Assembly (NCBI GenBank): GCA_965240325.2
Contig: OZ251225.1
Coordinates: 2,604,001 to 2,668,000 of the forward strand
Direction of reading: 5' to 3'
From: Rebecca billardiae RCC1528
Taxonomy: Eukaryota > Protista > Haptophyta
Length of the DNA: 64,000 nt
A model generated the notes under the pieces. The model saw nothing but the letters and a program-made list of their open reading frames with translations. It did not search any database and was not told the origin of the DNA. Positions 24,808-37,000 of this stretch are shown one piece after another (the first letter of the stretch is position 1; every line of letters starts with the position of its first letter). The position numbers and the translations under genes are program-made.

Positions 24808-26010
24808 ATGTACGCTGTGCTGGTGGCCGCAACTGTCGCCGCCGTCCTCGCGGCTGCTCCGGCAAGCGTGGACGATTGCGCGCTCGAGCTCAGCGGCAAG
24901 GAGCATGTCACCGTGCCATCCGCCGAGCGTGCCCTGCCCACGGGCTCGCATGGCATTTCCCTCTGGCTGCGCGCGGCGACGTCCGCGCCGCCGCCCACTG
25001 GCGGCGACGGCAAGCGCGTAGTGCTGATGAAGCACTCCGAGGTGGACTCATTCCGCCTGACCGCCGATCCGTTCGGTCGTCTCGCCCTCCACATCGAGCG
25101 TCCCACCGAGTCGTGCATTGTGACCGCCGTGAACGGCTCGGACGCGCTCGACGGCAAGTGGCACATGCTCTCTGTCAACTACAACGCGCCCACGGAGGAG
25201 TCGAGCGCGTCGGCGACGCTCGTGCTGGACGAGGCGGTGATTGCGCGCTGCACGGACTGGCTGGCGCACGAGCTCTACGCGCAGGCAGAGCCCTCCGCCG
25301 ACGTGCTCCTGCTCGGCGGCTGCCCGCACACCGACGCCCGGGGATCGAGCTTCGCTGGCGCGCTCGCGGACGTGCGCCTGTGGCCAGCGGCCCTCACGAG
25401 CGAGATGGCGGCGGAAGTGTACGCCGCGGGCCCGAAGTGCACGACGAGCGCGGATGAGGCCGAGGACGCCGCCGCCTCGGCCGCCCCGCGCGACCAAGGC
25501 GCGGTGCCGGCGCAGCTGCTCCGCTGCCTCCAGAGCGTCACAGTCGGTGTCGACATTGCCGATGCGAACAGCCCAGACTCGCAGCTGCGCACGAGCACCA
25601 CCGTCGTCAGCCAGCACATCTTCGACCCGAGCGCCGCGCATAGCTCGCCTGAGTGCTCGCCGCTGCTCGAGACAGCTGCGGTCGTCGCGGGCGCCGTCGA
25701 GCGCACCCTCACGGCCGAGCGGTTCGTCAAGATGGTGATGGATGCGGCCGCGGCGCAGCAGGCGTCGCGCGAGCGCCCCTTGTCCTCGGCGGCGACGATG
25801 CGGCCACACACGCACCTCTTCACGCTGGCCAAGACGGACCCGCAGCTTCTCGACGACGCAACGCAGGTGCTTGTGATGGGCATGATGGCCGGCACGGTGG
25901 CCTCGGTGTGCTCCCTGCTCGTCGGTCTCGGCGTTGGCTGCTGGGCTGGGCACAGCGTGCTCACAGCTGGCCACGTCAAGAGAGCCGCCAAGGCGGTCGC
26001 CGTGCTCTGA
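24808..26010 (+). CDS. Signal-peptide protein with a LamG/ConA-like domain and a C-terminal TM helix
   Basis: Signal peptide MYAVLVAATVAAVLA. Motifs GISLWLR, DGKWHMLSV and LLLGG..FAGALADVRLWPAALT are typical of LamG-like domains. Hydrophobic C-terminal segment. Confidence 0.75.
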   Translation: MYAVLVAATVAAVLAAAPASVDDCALELSGKEHVTVPSAERALPTGSHGISLWLRAATSAPPPTGGDGKRVVLMKHSEVDSFRLTADPFGRLALHIERPTESCIVTAVNGSDALDGKWHMLSVNYNAPTEESSASATLVLDEAVIARCTDWLAHELYAQAEPSADVLLLGGCPHTDARGSSFAGALADVRLWPAALTSEMAAEVYAAGPKCTTSADEAEDAAASAAPRDQGAVPAQLLRCLQSVTVGVDIADANSPDSQLRTSTTVVSQHIFDPSAAHSSPECSPLLETAAVVAGAVERTLTAERFVKMVMDAAAAQQASRERPLSSAATMRPHTHLFTLAKTDPQLLDDATQVLVMGMMAGTVASVCSLLVGLGVGCWAGHSVLTAGHVKRAAKAVAVL

Positions 26011-26588
26011 GCGCGGTGGTCGCGACGCGCTGGCGTGGCGGGCGGAGGCGCGACTGCGGGTGCCGTGCGCGGACCCGAGCGCATGTGTGTGGCACGCCCT
26101 TCCTTACCCATTCGGAGAGCAGCAGTGCCAAGCGCGACGGGCGACCGGTGGCGGTGGTGCGGGCAGCAGGCGATTGACCGCCCGCCCGCGTCCGGACGGA
26201 CCGCGCCGGGGCCTGCCTGTCGCCTGAACAAGTTGATCCTGCAGTTGATCCATCCATCCAGAAAGGCTGCCACTAAGCACGACTAAGCAGGCGCCATGAA
26301 TCGATATCACCGGCACTCCGTGGCTTCAGACTTTCGGCGAGCGGAGCGTGAATTGTGTAGTCGGCTAGTGACGTGTCACGTCACCGTGGACTCTGGTCAC
26401 TCTGGAGTGACAAGCAGCCATCGAGTTGCGGATGCTCTGAAGCCGGCTTTTCGCTTTTGCTTTTTGCTTTTTGCTTTTGCTTCGAACTCTGCCAAGGCCG
26501 TTTCGCCTTTTCGCGAGGGCTCGTTACAGCGAGCGGCCGCCATTGCCCAAGGCCATCCCGGGCCGCGCACTGCTGCACGGCGGGCGGG

Positions 26589-28617
26589 ATGCCCGGCCCG
26601 CTGGACGACTATGTCAGCGCGCTGCTCGAGCGACGAAAGAATGCGCCCTCGAGCGAGGGAGACCGCGAGTTCTACCTCACGGAGATCAAGCTTCTCAAGG
26701 AGAAGCTGATCAGTGCCGAGCTCAAGGTCGAGTCGCTGACCGCGCAGACGACCGAGCTCGCGAGCAACCTGGGCACACAGAAGGTGGACCAGGCGGACAT
26801 CTTCGAGTATCTGAACGGCGAACTCTCGAAGAAGACCGACGAGATCGTGCGCCTCGAGGAGACCGTGCAGACGCTCGAGGACGAGAACACGAACATCATG
26901 ACGGAGTATGAGGGGAAGCTCTCGGCGCGCGAGGACGAGGCGCGCGAGGACCGCGAGACGATGGAGAAGCAGATCACCGAGCTGACGCAGCGGCTGGAGG
27001 CGCTGAACGAGTTCCAGGTGCGCAAGGACGAGCTCGAGCGCGACAACGCCGAGGTCAAGGCCACGCTCGAGGACGAGAAGCGCGAGCACCAGCGGCACAT
27101 CTCCGAGCTCGAGCGCAAGCACGTGCAGGAGAAGGACAGGCTGAAGAAGGAGATGCTGGTCAAGCTGCGCGAGACGAAGGCGACGCTGCACAAGATGACG
27201 GTGAACCAGCTCGACACGACCACGAAGCGCACCATCGCCGAGAACGAGCAGATCACCGCCGAGCTCGCGTGGCAGTCGCGCGAGACGGAGAAGCTCGTGC
27301 GCAAGAACGAAAAGCTCGCGACCGAGAACCGCTCGATGAAGCGCGAGCTCGAGCTGCACAAGCAGACGGAGGACGAGTTCGCGCGCAAGGTGCACGTGTA
27401 CCAGAAGACGATCAAGACGCTGCTCGCAAAGCTCAACTCGATGGACCTCGCCAAGCGCTCCGAGGTCGAGCAGCTCACGCACACGGAGGAGGAGGTGGAG
27501 CGCGCGCGCGCGGTCGCGCAGGCGCAGATTGACGCGCTCGAGAGCGAGACGCGCCGCCTGCGCGGAGAGAAGGGGTACGCGGACTCGGAGCTGGAGCAGC
27601 TGAGGGTGGAGCTGCAGCAGGCGCGCGAGCTCAACGCGCAGCGGGAGATGCTCGCCGACGAGGGCGTTCGCTTCCTCCTGCGCTGCGTCCGCGACCTACA
27701 GGCATCGCGCACCGGCGCGGACGGCACTCGCCCCGAGGCGGCGCGGGTCAGTGCCGATATCGGGTGCGCGCGCTGGGATGGGCGCATCTTGGCCACCCGC
27801 CCTTCGCGTGCCTCGCCCCTCGCCGGCGTTCCTCACGCCGCACCCCACGCCCTCGGCCGCGCGTGCCCGCAGGCCGGACACAGCAGAAGCGGCGCCATTC
27901 GGCGACGGCGGCGACGGCGGCGATGGCGGCGCGACAGCCGAAGGGAGCCCAGCGGAGGCGGGCGGCGTGTCGGCAAGTAGCAGCGAATTGCTTGCGATGC
28001 CCTTCGAGGAGCTCTCCGCCGACGAGCGCGAGACGATGCTCCGCCAGCTCGTCGGCCAGCTGCAGGCGTACCAGCGCCAGGTGAACGATCTCTCGCTGCA
28101 CAAAGAATGGCGGCAGATTCAGAGACAGGCGTTCGAGCAGGCAAGGGACGGCGGCGTGCCTCCCGCAGTGCCGCTGCCACGTGCGTGCCGCGCGGGCCGC
28201 GCTCGGCGCGCGCGCGGACGCGACGTGCGCGCGGCCACCGCGCCCACTGCCCAGGCCTCACTGCTCACGCGCGCCACTTCCCACGTACCCGCTCCTCCAC
28301 CCGCCGCTGCGACCGATGCGCGCGCAGCGATCGGCATGCCGCCGTCCGCGGTCGCCAACGGTGCCACGCTGCCGGACGGAGAGGTGGCACCGGGAGTGCC
28401 GATGCTCATGCCCGATCCGTTCGCCTTCGGGCCCGGGCTGGCTACGCTCTCGGGCAAGGCGCCACCCGTCGCGTCCGCCGCGAGGCAGCTCGGGCTCAGG
28501 GGCAGCTCGAGCGCCATCGAGCCGGGCGTCACCGGCCAGGTGCGGCCGTGGGGCAAGCGCTCGCAGGAACTGCCCCTCAGCTCGAGGCGGGTGCAGGCCA
28601 GCAGTAGTATGATCTGA
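26589..28617 (+). CDS. CFAP157: Cilia- and flagella-associated protein 157-like; exons approx. 26589-27763, 27873-28180, 28328-28617
   Basis: Coiled coil with EFYLTEIK, LEALNEFQVRKDEL, LERKHVQEKDRLKKEM and QLDTTTKRTIAENEQI, matching CFAP157 as remembered. Phase-compatible introns GTGCGC..GCAG and GTGCGT..GCAG. Confidence 0.8.
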
Positions 28618-29335
28618 CAGCCGGTCGACAGCTGCGGCTCTGCCTGCAGTCCCGAGCCCACGCGCCGGCTACAGGGGAGAGCGGCCCGCCGGGACCCGGA
28701 AGCGCCCGCGGATCAGACAGGCCAACAGTGGCGCGGGCGCCGGCCACGCGCCGGGCCCGCGGCCAGCGGCCGCGGCCGACGGGTCCGGAGTACTCAGAGT
28801 AGTCGCGGCGTACGCGGTACGGCCAGGCCACGGGCCGCCGGGTCACCGAGCAGAGTGGTCATCAGGCTGGTCAGGGGCGTCCGACTCCTCACACTCCGAC
28901 GCCAGACGTCTGCGGGACTGCGCGGGTGGCACGTCTCCGAGGCCTGCCTCTCGCTAGGGCTCTACCTCGTCTAGTCGCTGGCTCCGGGTCAGACCGGGAC
29001 TCGGAGGCCGCCGAGGCGGGCAGGCGGCGGCCACTGGCGGCGGCCGCGCCGCTATTATTTATACTATTTACTGGCGGCGGTGCACAGTGCATGCATCTAA
29101 ATAATTATATACGGCCGCCATCCGCCATATTCGTCATCCGGCCTACAATATCCTACATAAGCCCCACATCGGCCGTCCTTTATTCGCGGCCCATCGCCAT
29201 CAGAGGTCGGCCCCCGGCGGGACCCCGGGGAAGCTTCACGGCGCTGAATCGATCACACTGACACACTCATTCCGGCATATTAGCGCGGCGCCTATTTAAT
29301 ACATACGACGTAGCTAAGCTACGCGCGGTCTGCTG

Positions 29336-29339
29336 TATA

Positions 29340-29406
<67 letters not shown>
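29336..29406. repeat. (TA)n microsatellite
   Basis: Directly visible. Confidence 0.97.
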
Positions 29407-29409
<3 letters not shown>

Positions 29410-29687
29410 GGCGCAGCTCGAGAGCCGCCAAGCCGCACGAGAGCAAGGCACAAAGCACCATCGTGCAGAGGGCATCGCGAAGATGCGGGCCGGAAACAGC
29501 TGCAGCCATCATGCCAGTGGGCACTTCCGAAGGGCGTTCGCTGCGAGTGAGCGAGAGGCACTGGACTGCGTCGGTTCGCTCGGCGCCTGATGAAAAAACC
29601 CAGTTCACCAATTGGCCGTCCTGTGCCGCCGCCAACCTTGCCTATTTGCCTAAGGCCCAGGAGCATCACAGCGAGTAGGTTGTTCGG

Positions 29688-31618
29688 TACCAGGTCGTTC
29701 CCCCTGCACTGGGAATCCGCGGTTTGGACATACGAGAAAAACAGCCGCAGGACGCACCCGTCGCTACCCGCGAATAAGATTTTCAGGTCTCGCGGGTGCG
29801 GATGTGCGTCAATCGATGAGCTGGTCTCGCAATCCCAAAATTGAGCCGCAATGAGATAGATGGTGCAGGGAGCCCCCGGCCGGTGGCGGCTCGGCAGGCG
29901 AGGGCCGACCAAATCTTGACCTTTGCCCTCGGCGGCAGGGCGGGCAGGCGAAGGCGGCCGAGCGCCGTTGGCGGCCGGCGCGCCCGGGGCACGGCGCTGC
30001 GGGCGCGGATGTGCTCGCGGAGCCGGCTTGCGTGGACAGGCTGTTGCGGGAGAGTATATGGCGCCCTCCTGCGCCGCGCGTCTCGCGCCACGCCTCTTTT
30101 CGCCGCGGCTCAGGGCAGCGCGCACGCGCGCGCCGCCTCGGAGGCCAGGGCCGCACCGTGCCCGCGCCGCAGCCGCAACCGCGCGCGCGCCGTGCGCGGC
30201 GTGGTCGGGAAGGAACGGGGGGTGCTGCCGGGCGAGATGACGACATCATGTGCGCACGCCATGCCGCCCCGCGGCGCCGCGAAAGGGCACGATAACGGAT
30301 CCGCACAGCTGTTGACGAGTGCTGATTTCTTGTCGTGCCTGAAGCCAGACCTCGGAGCTCGAAGAAGATGATGAAAGTGCATCCGCGCGAGGAAAGCGTC
30401 GCACCCAGCACTTCTACACGACCACGTGGTGATGAACATTCATGTAAGAGTATCCCGCGTGCCCGCTTGGCACTGTTCTGTGTCTCAATGATCGTCCCGG
30501 CAAGGGTCACGACCGCGAGGCCGTGGCACACCATTCATAGTGTGACAACTCGAAGAGGCGTGCAAACGGACCAGCGACACGCTCGGCAAGGCGTGGCGGG
30601 GCGGCATGGCGTGCGCACATGATATCGCCATCTCGCCCGGCAGCCGTGCCCGTTCCTTCCCGACCACGCCGCGCACGGCGCGCACGCGGTCGGCTGCGGC
30701 GCAGGCAAGGCTGGCCTTGAGGCGACGCGCCGCGTGCGCGCTGCCCTGAGCCGAGGCGAAAGAGGCGTGGCGCAAGTCGCGCGGTGCAGGAGGGCGGCAG
30801 ATACTCTCCCACAACAGCCCGTCCACGCACGCCGGCTCCGCAAGCACATCCGCGCCCGCAGCGCCCTGGCCCGGGCGCGGCCCCCAGCGGTCACAACCGC
30901 GAGGCCGCGTGCACACCATTTGTGACAACTCGAAGAGGCGTGCAAATGGACCAGCGACACGCTCGGCAAGGCGTGGCGGGGCGGCATGGCGTGCGCACAT
31001 GATATCGCCATCTCGCCCGGCAGCCGCGCCCGTTCCTTCCCGACCACGCCGCGCACGGCGCGCGCGCGGTCGGCTGCGGCGCAGGCCGAAGGCTGGCCCC
31101 GGAGGCGGCGCGCGCGTGCGCGCTGCCCTGAGCCGAGGCGAAAGAGGCGTGGCGCAAGTCGCGCGGCGCAGGAGGGCGGCAGATACTCTCCCGCAACAGC
31201 CCGTCCACGCACGCCGGCTCCGCAAGCACATCCGCGCCCCCCAGCGCCGGGCCAGCTGCATCGCACTCGCCGCCCGGCCGCAGGCGCAGGGGGCGGGTCA
31301 GAATCGGTGCTCCGCACCCGCGGGAGGGCTCCCGCCTCCGCGGTTGCACGCGAAGAACTCATTTCCAGCGCCTCGATTTCGTGAGCGGACTATCGCTGAC
31401 GAGGCTGATTACTGCGTTCCACGGCTTTGCCGCGCTCGGGATTTGGGTTCTCTAATGGATGGATGTACTTTCGTCATTTTCAATTGGAAACCTCGATTAG
31501 ATCGTTCAAGTGGTCTGATAGAGCAAGCGGAAGAATAAATCTGCGTTGCTATGCCGCGGCCTCGTGCTCTGAATAGTGCGAAACCGCGGATTCCCAGTGC
31601 AGGGGGAACGACCTGGTA
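29688..31618. repeat. Complex repeat: perfect 38-bp inverted repeat enclosing one forward and two tandem inverted copies of a roughly 380-bp unit
   Basis: 29688-29725 is the exact reverse complement of 31581-31618. TGTGACAACTCGAAGAGG at 30541 and 30921 gives a 380-bp period. A diverged opposite-strand copy lies at about 29995-30270. Confidence 0.88.
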
Positions 31619-32145
31619 GGTCGTTGTGCGAGCGCACAGAGCAGGCTCGAAAATCCCTCGTGGCACGAGAAGAGGGTGGCCAAGATGGCAGCCGGACTTG
31701 AGCTCGGCCGCCTGGCTCGGGCCGAATGGCAGGCAGGTGTTGATACGGCGCATTGCGCTCCCACCGCCATCCTCTTAGACAATCAGTTATTGTGCCAATA
31801 ATAACCCCACATATATCGTCGAGTGGTCGCCGTCGGGTCTCTGGACCGCGTCCGCGTCGGACGGGCGGCCCGCCCGCAGCCCCGCTCCGGCAGATCCTCG
31901 CGGTAGGTAGATCGCACTGCTCCGACTGGCCGTCGTGACGGCCGCCCAGACGTGACGCGACTGCGCTGAGTCTCCCATATGCCCGGACATGGCGGCAACG
32001 CGCGCGCTGCCCTGTGCCCACCGCGGACGCGGTGTGATTGCAGGTGGCCGGTGCCACGCCGGCCGATGTCGCCGATCATCATCACATCAGGCGATCAGCC
32101 GTTGTCTCGACGAGTAGAGATCGTGAGGGAGCGACATCGATGAAG

Positions 32146-33921
32146 TCACTCAGCAACTAGCTCCCCGCCGCTGAACATCGCGGTAATGTGCGCGATCGCC
32201 TGCTCGCGCGTCGTGCCCGGGTGCGAGAGCTGCAGCTCGAGCAGCGCGCGGCTTGCGCGCCCCACGGCCGGGCCCTTTGGCACGCCAGCCTCGCGCATGA
32301 GCTCCGCGCCCGTGAGGACCGGCCGCAGCTCGTGTGCGCGGCCCAGCCCGAGGCCAAGCACGCGTTGGCGCAGCGCGCGCGCTTCGGCCAGCGGCACGCG
32401 CGCGCCCGCCAGCCACGCGGCGCGCGCCGCCTCGAGCACGCCCGCGTCTGCGTCCGCCCCGCTCGGCAGCGCGGCCTCGGCGTCAAAGCGAGGCGATGGC
32501 AGGAGTGTGGCAAGTGTGAGGGCCGTCGGCCAGAGTGCGCCCGCCTCGCGGACGCACAGGCCAAGGTCGAGGCGGCTGGGCTCGGCGGAGGCGCCCTCAC
32601 GGGCGCACCACGCGCACATCTGCTCCGCCGCCGCGTGCACGCGCGCGACCGCACTCAGGTCTGCCAGGGGGATTCCGGGCAGAGCCGTGCGCAGCGTGGC
32701 CTCGGCGAGTGGCGCCGGCTTGGCCTTCTTGCCACCGCCGCCACCGCCGCCGCCGGGCGGCGGCGCGGCGGGCAGGATGAGCCGGCGCAGCGGGAGCACC
32801 GCGCAGGCCAGCCACGCCAGGCGCACGTCGAGCACGTCCGCCCCGCCCGCATCCGCATCGGCCGCCGCCCGCTCGGCGCTCGCCAGCCCGGAGCACGGCG
32901 GGCCGCACGCCAGCGCGAGGTCGAGCGCCTCAAGGCACGCGCACGCGAGCTGCTCATACTCAGAGCGCACGGCGCCGTCGTCGAGGCCGTCCGTGTCCGC
33001 GCGGGCGCGCAGCGCGAGGCGCGACACGACGGCCTGGCCCGGATCGGCCGACCCTGCGGCCTCGCTCGCGCGCTCCGCCGCCGGCACCGCCGCGGCGCAG
33101 CCGTCGGGCAGCACAAAGACAGCCCCGAGAATCCCCATGGAGCGGAGGAGCCGGAACGCGGCCGCGGGCGAGCGCCGCTGGTCATCTGAGCCGCTCGGTG
33201 CCGCCGCGTGCTTGAGCACCTTGTCGAGCTCGGCGGTGACGCGCTCGCGAGACACCTTTGACGACAGCGCAAGCCGCACTTCCTGCTCCCGCGCGGCGTC
33301 GACCACCTCCGCAGCCGCGTCGAAGCCGAGCCGCGTCGCGAAGCGTACGGCGCGGAGCACGCGCAGCGGGTCGTCGAGGAAAGTCTTGCGCGCTGCGAGC
33401 GGCGTGCGGCAGACGCGCGCGCGAAGGTCGGCAAGGCCACGGCCGGAGAGGTCCTCGACGGACCGCGTGGCCAGGTTGTAGAAGAGCGCGTTGATCGTGA
33501 GGTCCCGCCGCACCGCGTCGGCGTGCGGGCTTCCAAACTCGACGGTCGGGATGCGCGAGCCCTCCGCGTACGACTCGGAGCGGAGGTTGACGAAGTCGAC
33601 GTCGAAGCCGAGCACGCGCACGGCGACGGTCTCGAGGTGCTTGGACTGCTCCGGATTCGCGTGGATCACGCCGAGCGTGTGCGTCTCGTGGCCGAGCTCC
33701 TCGAGTCGCGCGTTTACGAGCTGTGCGAACGCGAGCCCCGTGATGTCGTCGAGCGCAATGTCGATGTCGTCGCTCTCGGCGCCGAGGATCTTGTCGCGCA
33801 CCCAGCCGCCGGCGACGCGCATCACCGTCTGCCGCCCGCTGTGCGCAACGACGCCGCGCAGGAAGTCGAACAGCGCCTCCTCGCGAGCATTGAGGTGCAG
33901 CTCCGCGGCGGAAGCCGCCAT
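32146..33921 (-). CDS. CCA1: CCA tRNA nucleotidyltransferase (class II), intronless
   Basis: RVAGGWVRDKILG..SDDIDIALD, NPEQSKHLET, DFVNLRSE.Y, RRDLTINALFYN, DDPLRVLRAVRF and KVSRER. Probable ATG at 33921. Confidence 0.93.
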   Translation of the reverse strand: MAASAAELHLNAREEALFDFLRGVVAHSGRQTVMRVAGGWVRDKILGAESDDIDIALDDITGLAFAQLVNARLEELGHETHTLGVIHANPEQSKHLETVAVRVLGFDVDFVNLRSESYAEGSRIPTVEFGSPHADAVRRDLTINALFYNLATRSVEDLSGRGLADLRARVCRTPLAARKTFLDDPLRVLRAVRFATRLGFDAAAEVVDAAREQEVRLALSSKVSRERVTAELDKVLKHAAAPSGSDDQRRSPAAAFRLLRSMGILGAVFVLPDGCAAAVPAAERASEAAGSADPGQAVVSRLALRARADTDGLDDGAVRSEYEQLACACLEALDLALACGPPCSGLASAERAAADADAGGADVLDVRLAWLACAVLPLRRLILPAAPPPGGGGGGGGKKAKPAPLAEATLRTALPGIPLADLSAVARVHAAAEQMCAWCAREGASAEPSRLDLGLCVREAGALWPTALTLATLLPSPRFDAEAALPSGADADAGVLEAARAAWLAGARVPLAEARALRQRVLGLGLGRAHELRPVLTGAELMREAGVPKGPAVGRASRALLELQLSHPGTTREQAIAHITAMFSGGELVAE

Positions 33922-34065
33922 CGTCGCCCGATGATGACCGATCAGCCGCGTCGTCGACTGACCGTGAGCGCTTTGCGCTTCGTGATCGAGACCCGCCCGA
34001 GTGCGGCCCGAGCGACCCCGGGCTGGGGGTGAGTCTGACGAAGCCATATGGCGCGGTCCCAGCGG

Positions 34066-37000
34066 ATGCATCGCGCCTTCCTCCTGCTCGTGCTCGCGCG
34101 AGCGGGCGCGCCGACGGGCCCACCCGGCGAGTGCGAGGTGCCCTCGTGGTGGTACGCCGACGAGGCCGCGCGCAGCTCCGAGGACGACGCCTTGGCAGCG
34201 CTCGAGGCCCGTTGGAGCGCGCGCCGCGCCGCCTGCCCAATCAGCGGAGCTCACACTCTCGCGTGCCCGCCGGGCGCGGTGCTCGTGGACGCGTGGGTCG
34301 AGGCGCGCACGAACGGCACGACAAAGGTGCTCGCTCCCGCGCCGTTTGACGTCTACGGCTGCTTCGGCGGCGATCAGTGCCGGCTGCCAACCGCGCACGT
34401 CTGCGCAGGCGCGTCCGCGCCCAGTAACGTGTCGACGACTGTGGCGATCAGCGGCGAGTGCGCCACGAGCGAGGCGGTGCGCGAGGCCAGCATCGCACAG
34501 GCGGGCGCCCCGTCGCCCGCCTCCGCCCCCGCCGCCACCGGTGAGCAGGACGAGGCGGACGATCACATTATTCCCCTGTTTGAGTGGAAGGAGCGAATGC
34601 TCGCGCGCCTCGCCGAGCAGGCGACGCATCACGCGACGCAGCACGAGGGCGCGGCGGAGGGCGGCGCGCAGGCGGGCGAGGTGAACGGCGGGCCCGCCGC
34701 CGCGGAGGGCACGGACGGCGCGCCCACGGCCGACGCGGGCGCTCAGAACGCCACAGGCCGGCCGACGGCGCCTCCTGCAGGCGCGGCCACGCTGCCACCG
34801 TCTGGCCCGGCGCGCATTCGGCTGCCACTGAGCCAGCGCTTCAACTACGGCTCGTTCGACGCGGGGGCGCGCCTGGTGACAGCCAACCCCGAGGCGAAGG
34901 GGGCGAACGACATCCTCCGCGCGGACAAGGACAAGTGCGCGCACCGCGCGCGGCGCGGCTCACGCGTCACAACTGCGCGCGCGTGCGAGCTTGCGCGCCC
35001 ACAAGCGCTGGCGCTCGGCTCACGCCACCTCGTCCACGCGGCCGCTGGGCGTGCGCCCGCCGCGGCGCGCAGGTACATGCTCAGCCCGTGCGCGGCGCGC
35101 AAGTGGGTGGTGATCGCGCTGCCCGAGGACATCAAGGTCGACGCGATCTCGCTCTCGAACCGCGAGCTCTTCTCGTCGTCCGTGCGCGAGTTCCAACTGC
35201 TAGGCTCTATGAAGTACCCCACCGACCTCTGGTTCGAGCTGGGCAAGTTCGAGGCGCAGGACACGAAGCACGTGCGCGCAGAGCGCGGCGCAGGCGGCGG
35301 GCGTGCACGCGGCGGGCGCGGCGTGTCTCCCAGCACGGTCTCGTGTGCGGCCCGTGCTCACGCGCCGCACGCCCGCCCACCGCGCCGCGCCGTTCCGCAC
35401 GACAATTGCCGCGCGCCCCGTGCGTCGGCGCGCGCAGGTCCAAGAGTTCTACATGAGCACGCCCAACTGGGCGCGGTTCCTCAAGCTGAGGCTGATCTCG
35501 CACCACCGCGCCGAGCACTACTGCACGCTCTCGAGCGTCGCGATCTACGGGCAGACGGTGATGGACGACTTCAGCGAGTCGATGGAGCTGCAGGAGCAGC
35601 AGATGGAGGTGATGCGGCAGCGCATGACGAGCGCGGCCTCGGGCGCCGAGGGCGCGGGCGCGGAGGCGCAGGCGGAGGTGGCGGCGGCGGCGCATGCGGA
35701 GGCGGCGGCGGCTCCGGCCAATGCCACCGAGCGCACGGCTGCCGCGGCAGAGGGGCAGCCCACGGCCGAGGGCGGCGCTGGCACGGACAGCTCGGTCTCA
35801 GCTGAGCATGCCCCTCCGGGGTCTGATGAGCCGGCTGGCTACGGCGCTGAGTCGGCCACGTCGGACACCGACGGCGAGTGCAGCGGCACAGCGGCGGCCG
35901 CGCAGGCAGCAGCCAACGCGGGGCTGAGCGTGAGCCCCGCAGACGGCGCGGCGGCGCGAGGCAGGAACACCTCAGACGCGAGGGTCGCGACAGGCGGTCG
36001 CTCGCCGCGCCGCCGCGCTCGCTCCCGCCACAGCGAGGGCGACGGGTGCCCCCCCTCCCTGCGCGGCGCCGGCGCGTCTGCGCCGGGTGCTCAGCAGCAG
36101 CAGCAGCAGCAGCCGCCGCCGCAGCAGCAGCAGCAGTCGCCGCAGCCGCAGCCGCAGCCGCAGCAGCTTCCGCAGCAGCAGCCGAGTGCAAGGACACCGA
36201 GCGGTGCAGAGGCGGCGCACGCCGAGCGGAGCAGCGGGGCGGTGGCCACGGGCGACGCGGCGCACGGCGCGACGGGCGACGGCGGACTCCGCTCTCCCTC
36301 TCCGCCACCATCCCCGCCCTCGGCCGAGCAGCCCGGTGGCTCTCCGGCCGCCGCGCACGGTGGCGTGGACGCGTGTGCGGAGATGCATGCACGGCAGCAC
36401 CGGTCGCTCCCGCCAGACGCGCTGGCGGTGGCGCTGCGCCCCGAGCACGCGGTCGGGATGCCCCTGGCCGATGTCGAGGCGTCGCTCAATCCCGACCCGA
36501 TGCGCGGCAGGTGCGCCGTGCCAGCAGGCGCCGCGAGCAAGGCGACCGCCCCAGACGCTGCTGACGCGATGCCCGTGGCGGAGACTCGGCCTGTGCCGCC
36601 GAATGACCCGGCGCGCAGCGTCGCGAGTGCGCTCAAGGACGCCGCGGCGGCAGTGGCTGGATTGTGGGAGTCGGTCGTCAAGCCGCACGGGTCGCCGCCC
36701 AGGCCGGCAAGCGCCGGGGATGGGGAGGACGCGGGCGGGGCGGGCACAGCCCCTTCGCAGCCCGTGGGCACGTCGTCGCGCGACCCGCCCTCGACTCCGC
36801 CGCCGGTCCTGCCGCCCGAGGCCCAGCCACCAGGGTCCGGCCCGGTCTCTCCCGGCACACCACGGGCGGCAGGCAGCTCCAGCTCCGACTCCGCAGAATC
36901 ATCCGCGGTGCCCTCGCCCGCGCCCGCGCCGGCCGCGGCCGAGCCGTCGGCCGCGAACGGCACCGCCGCCTCTGTCCCAGCTGCCGAGGACGCGGTGCCC

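Noticed and set aside
33922-34944. Apparent 340-aa N-terminal extension of the CCA-adding enzyme
   Set aside because: It is largely the antisense of the SUN-protein first exon. Family similarity starts at Met 33921.
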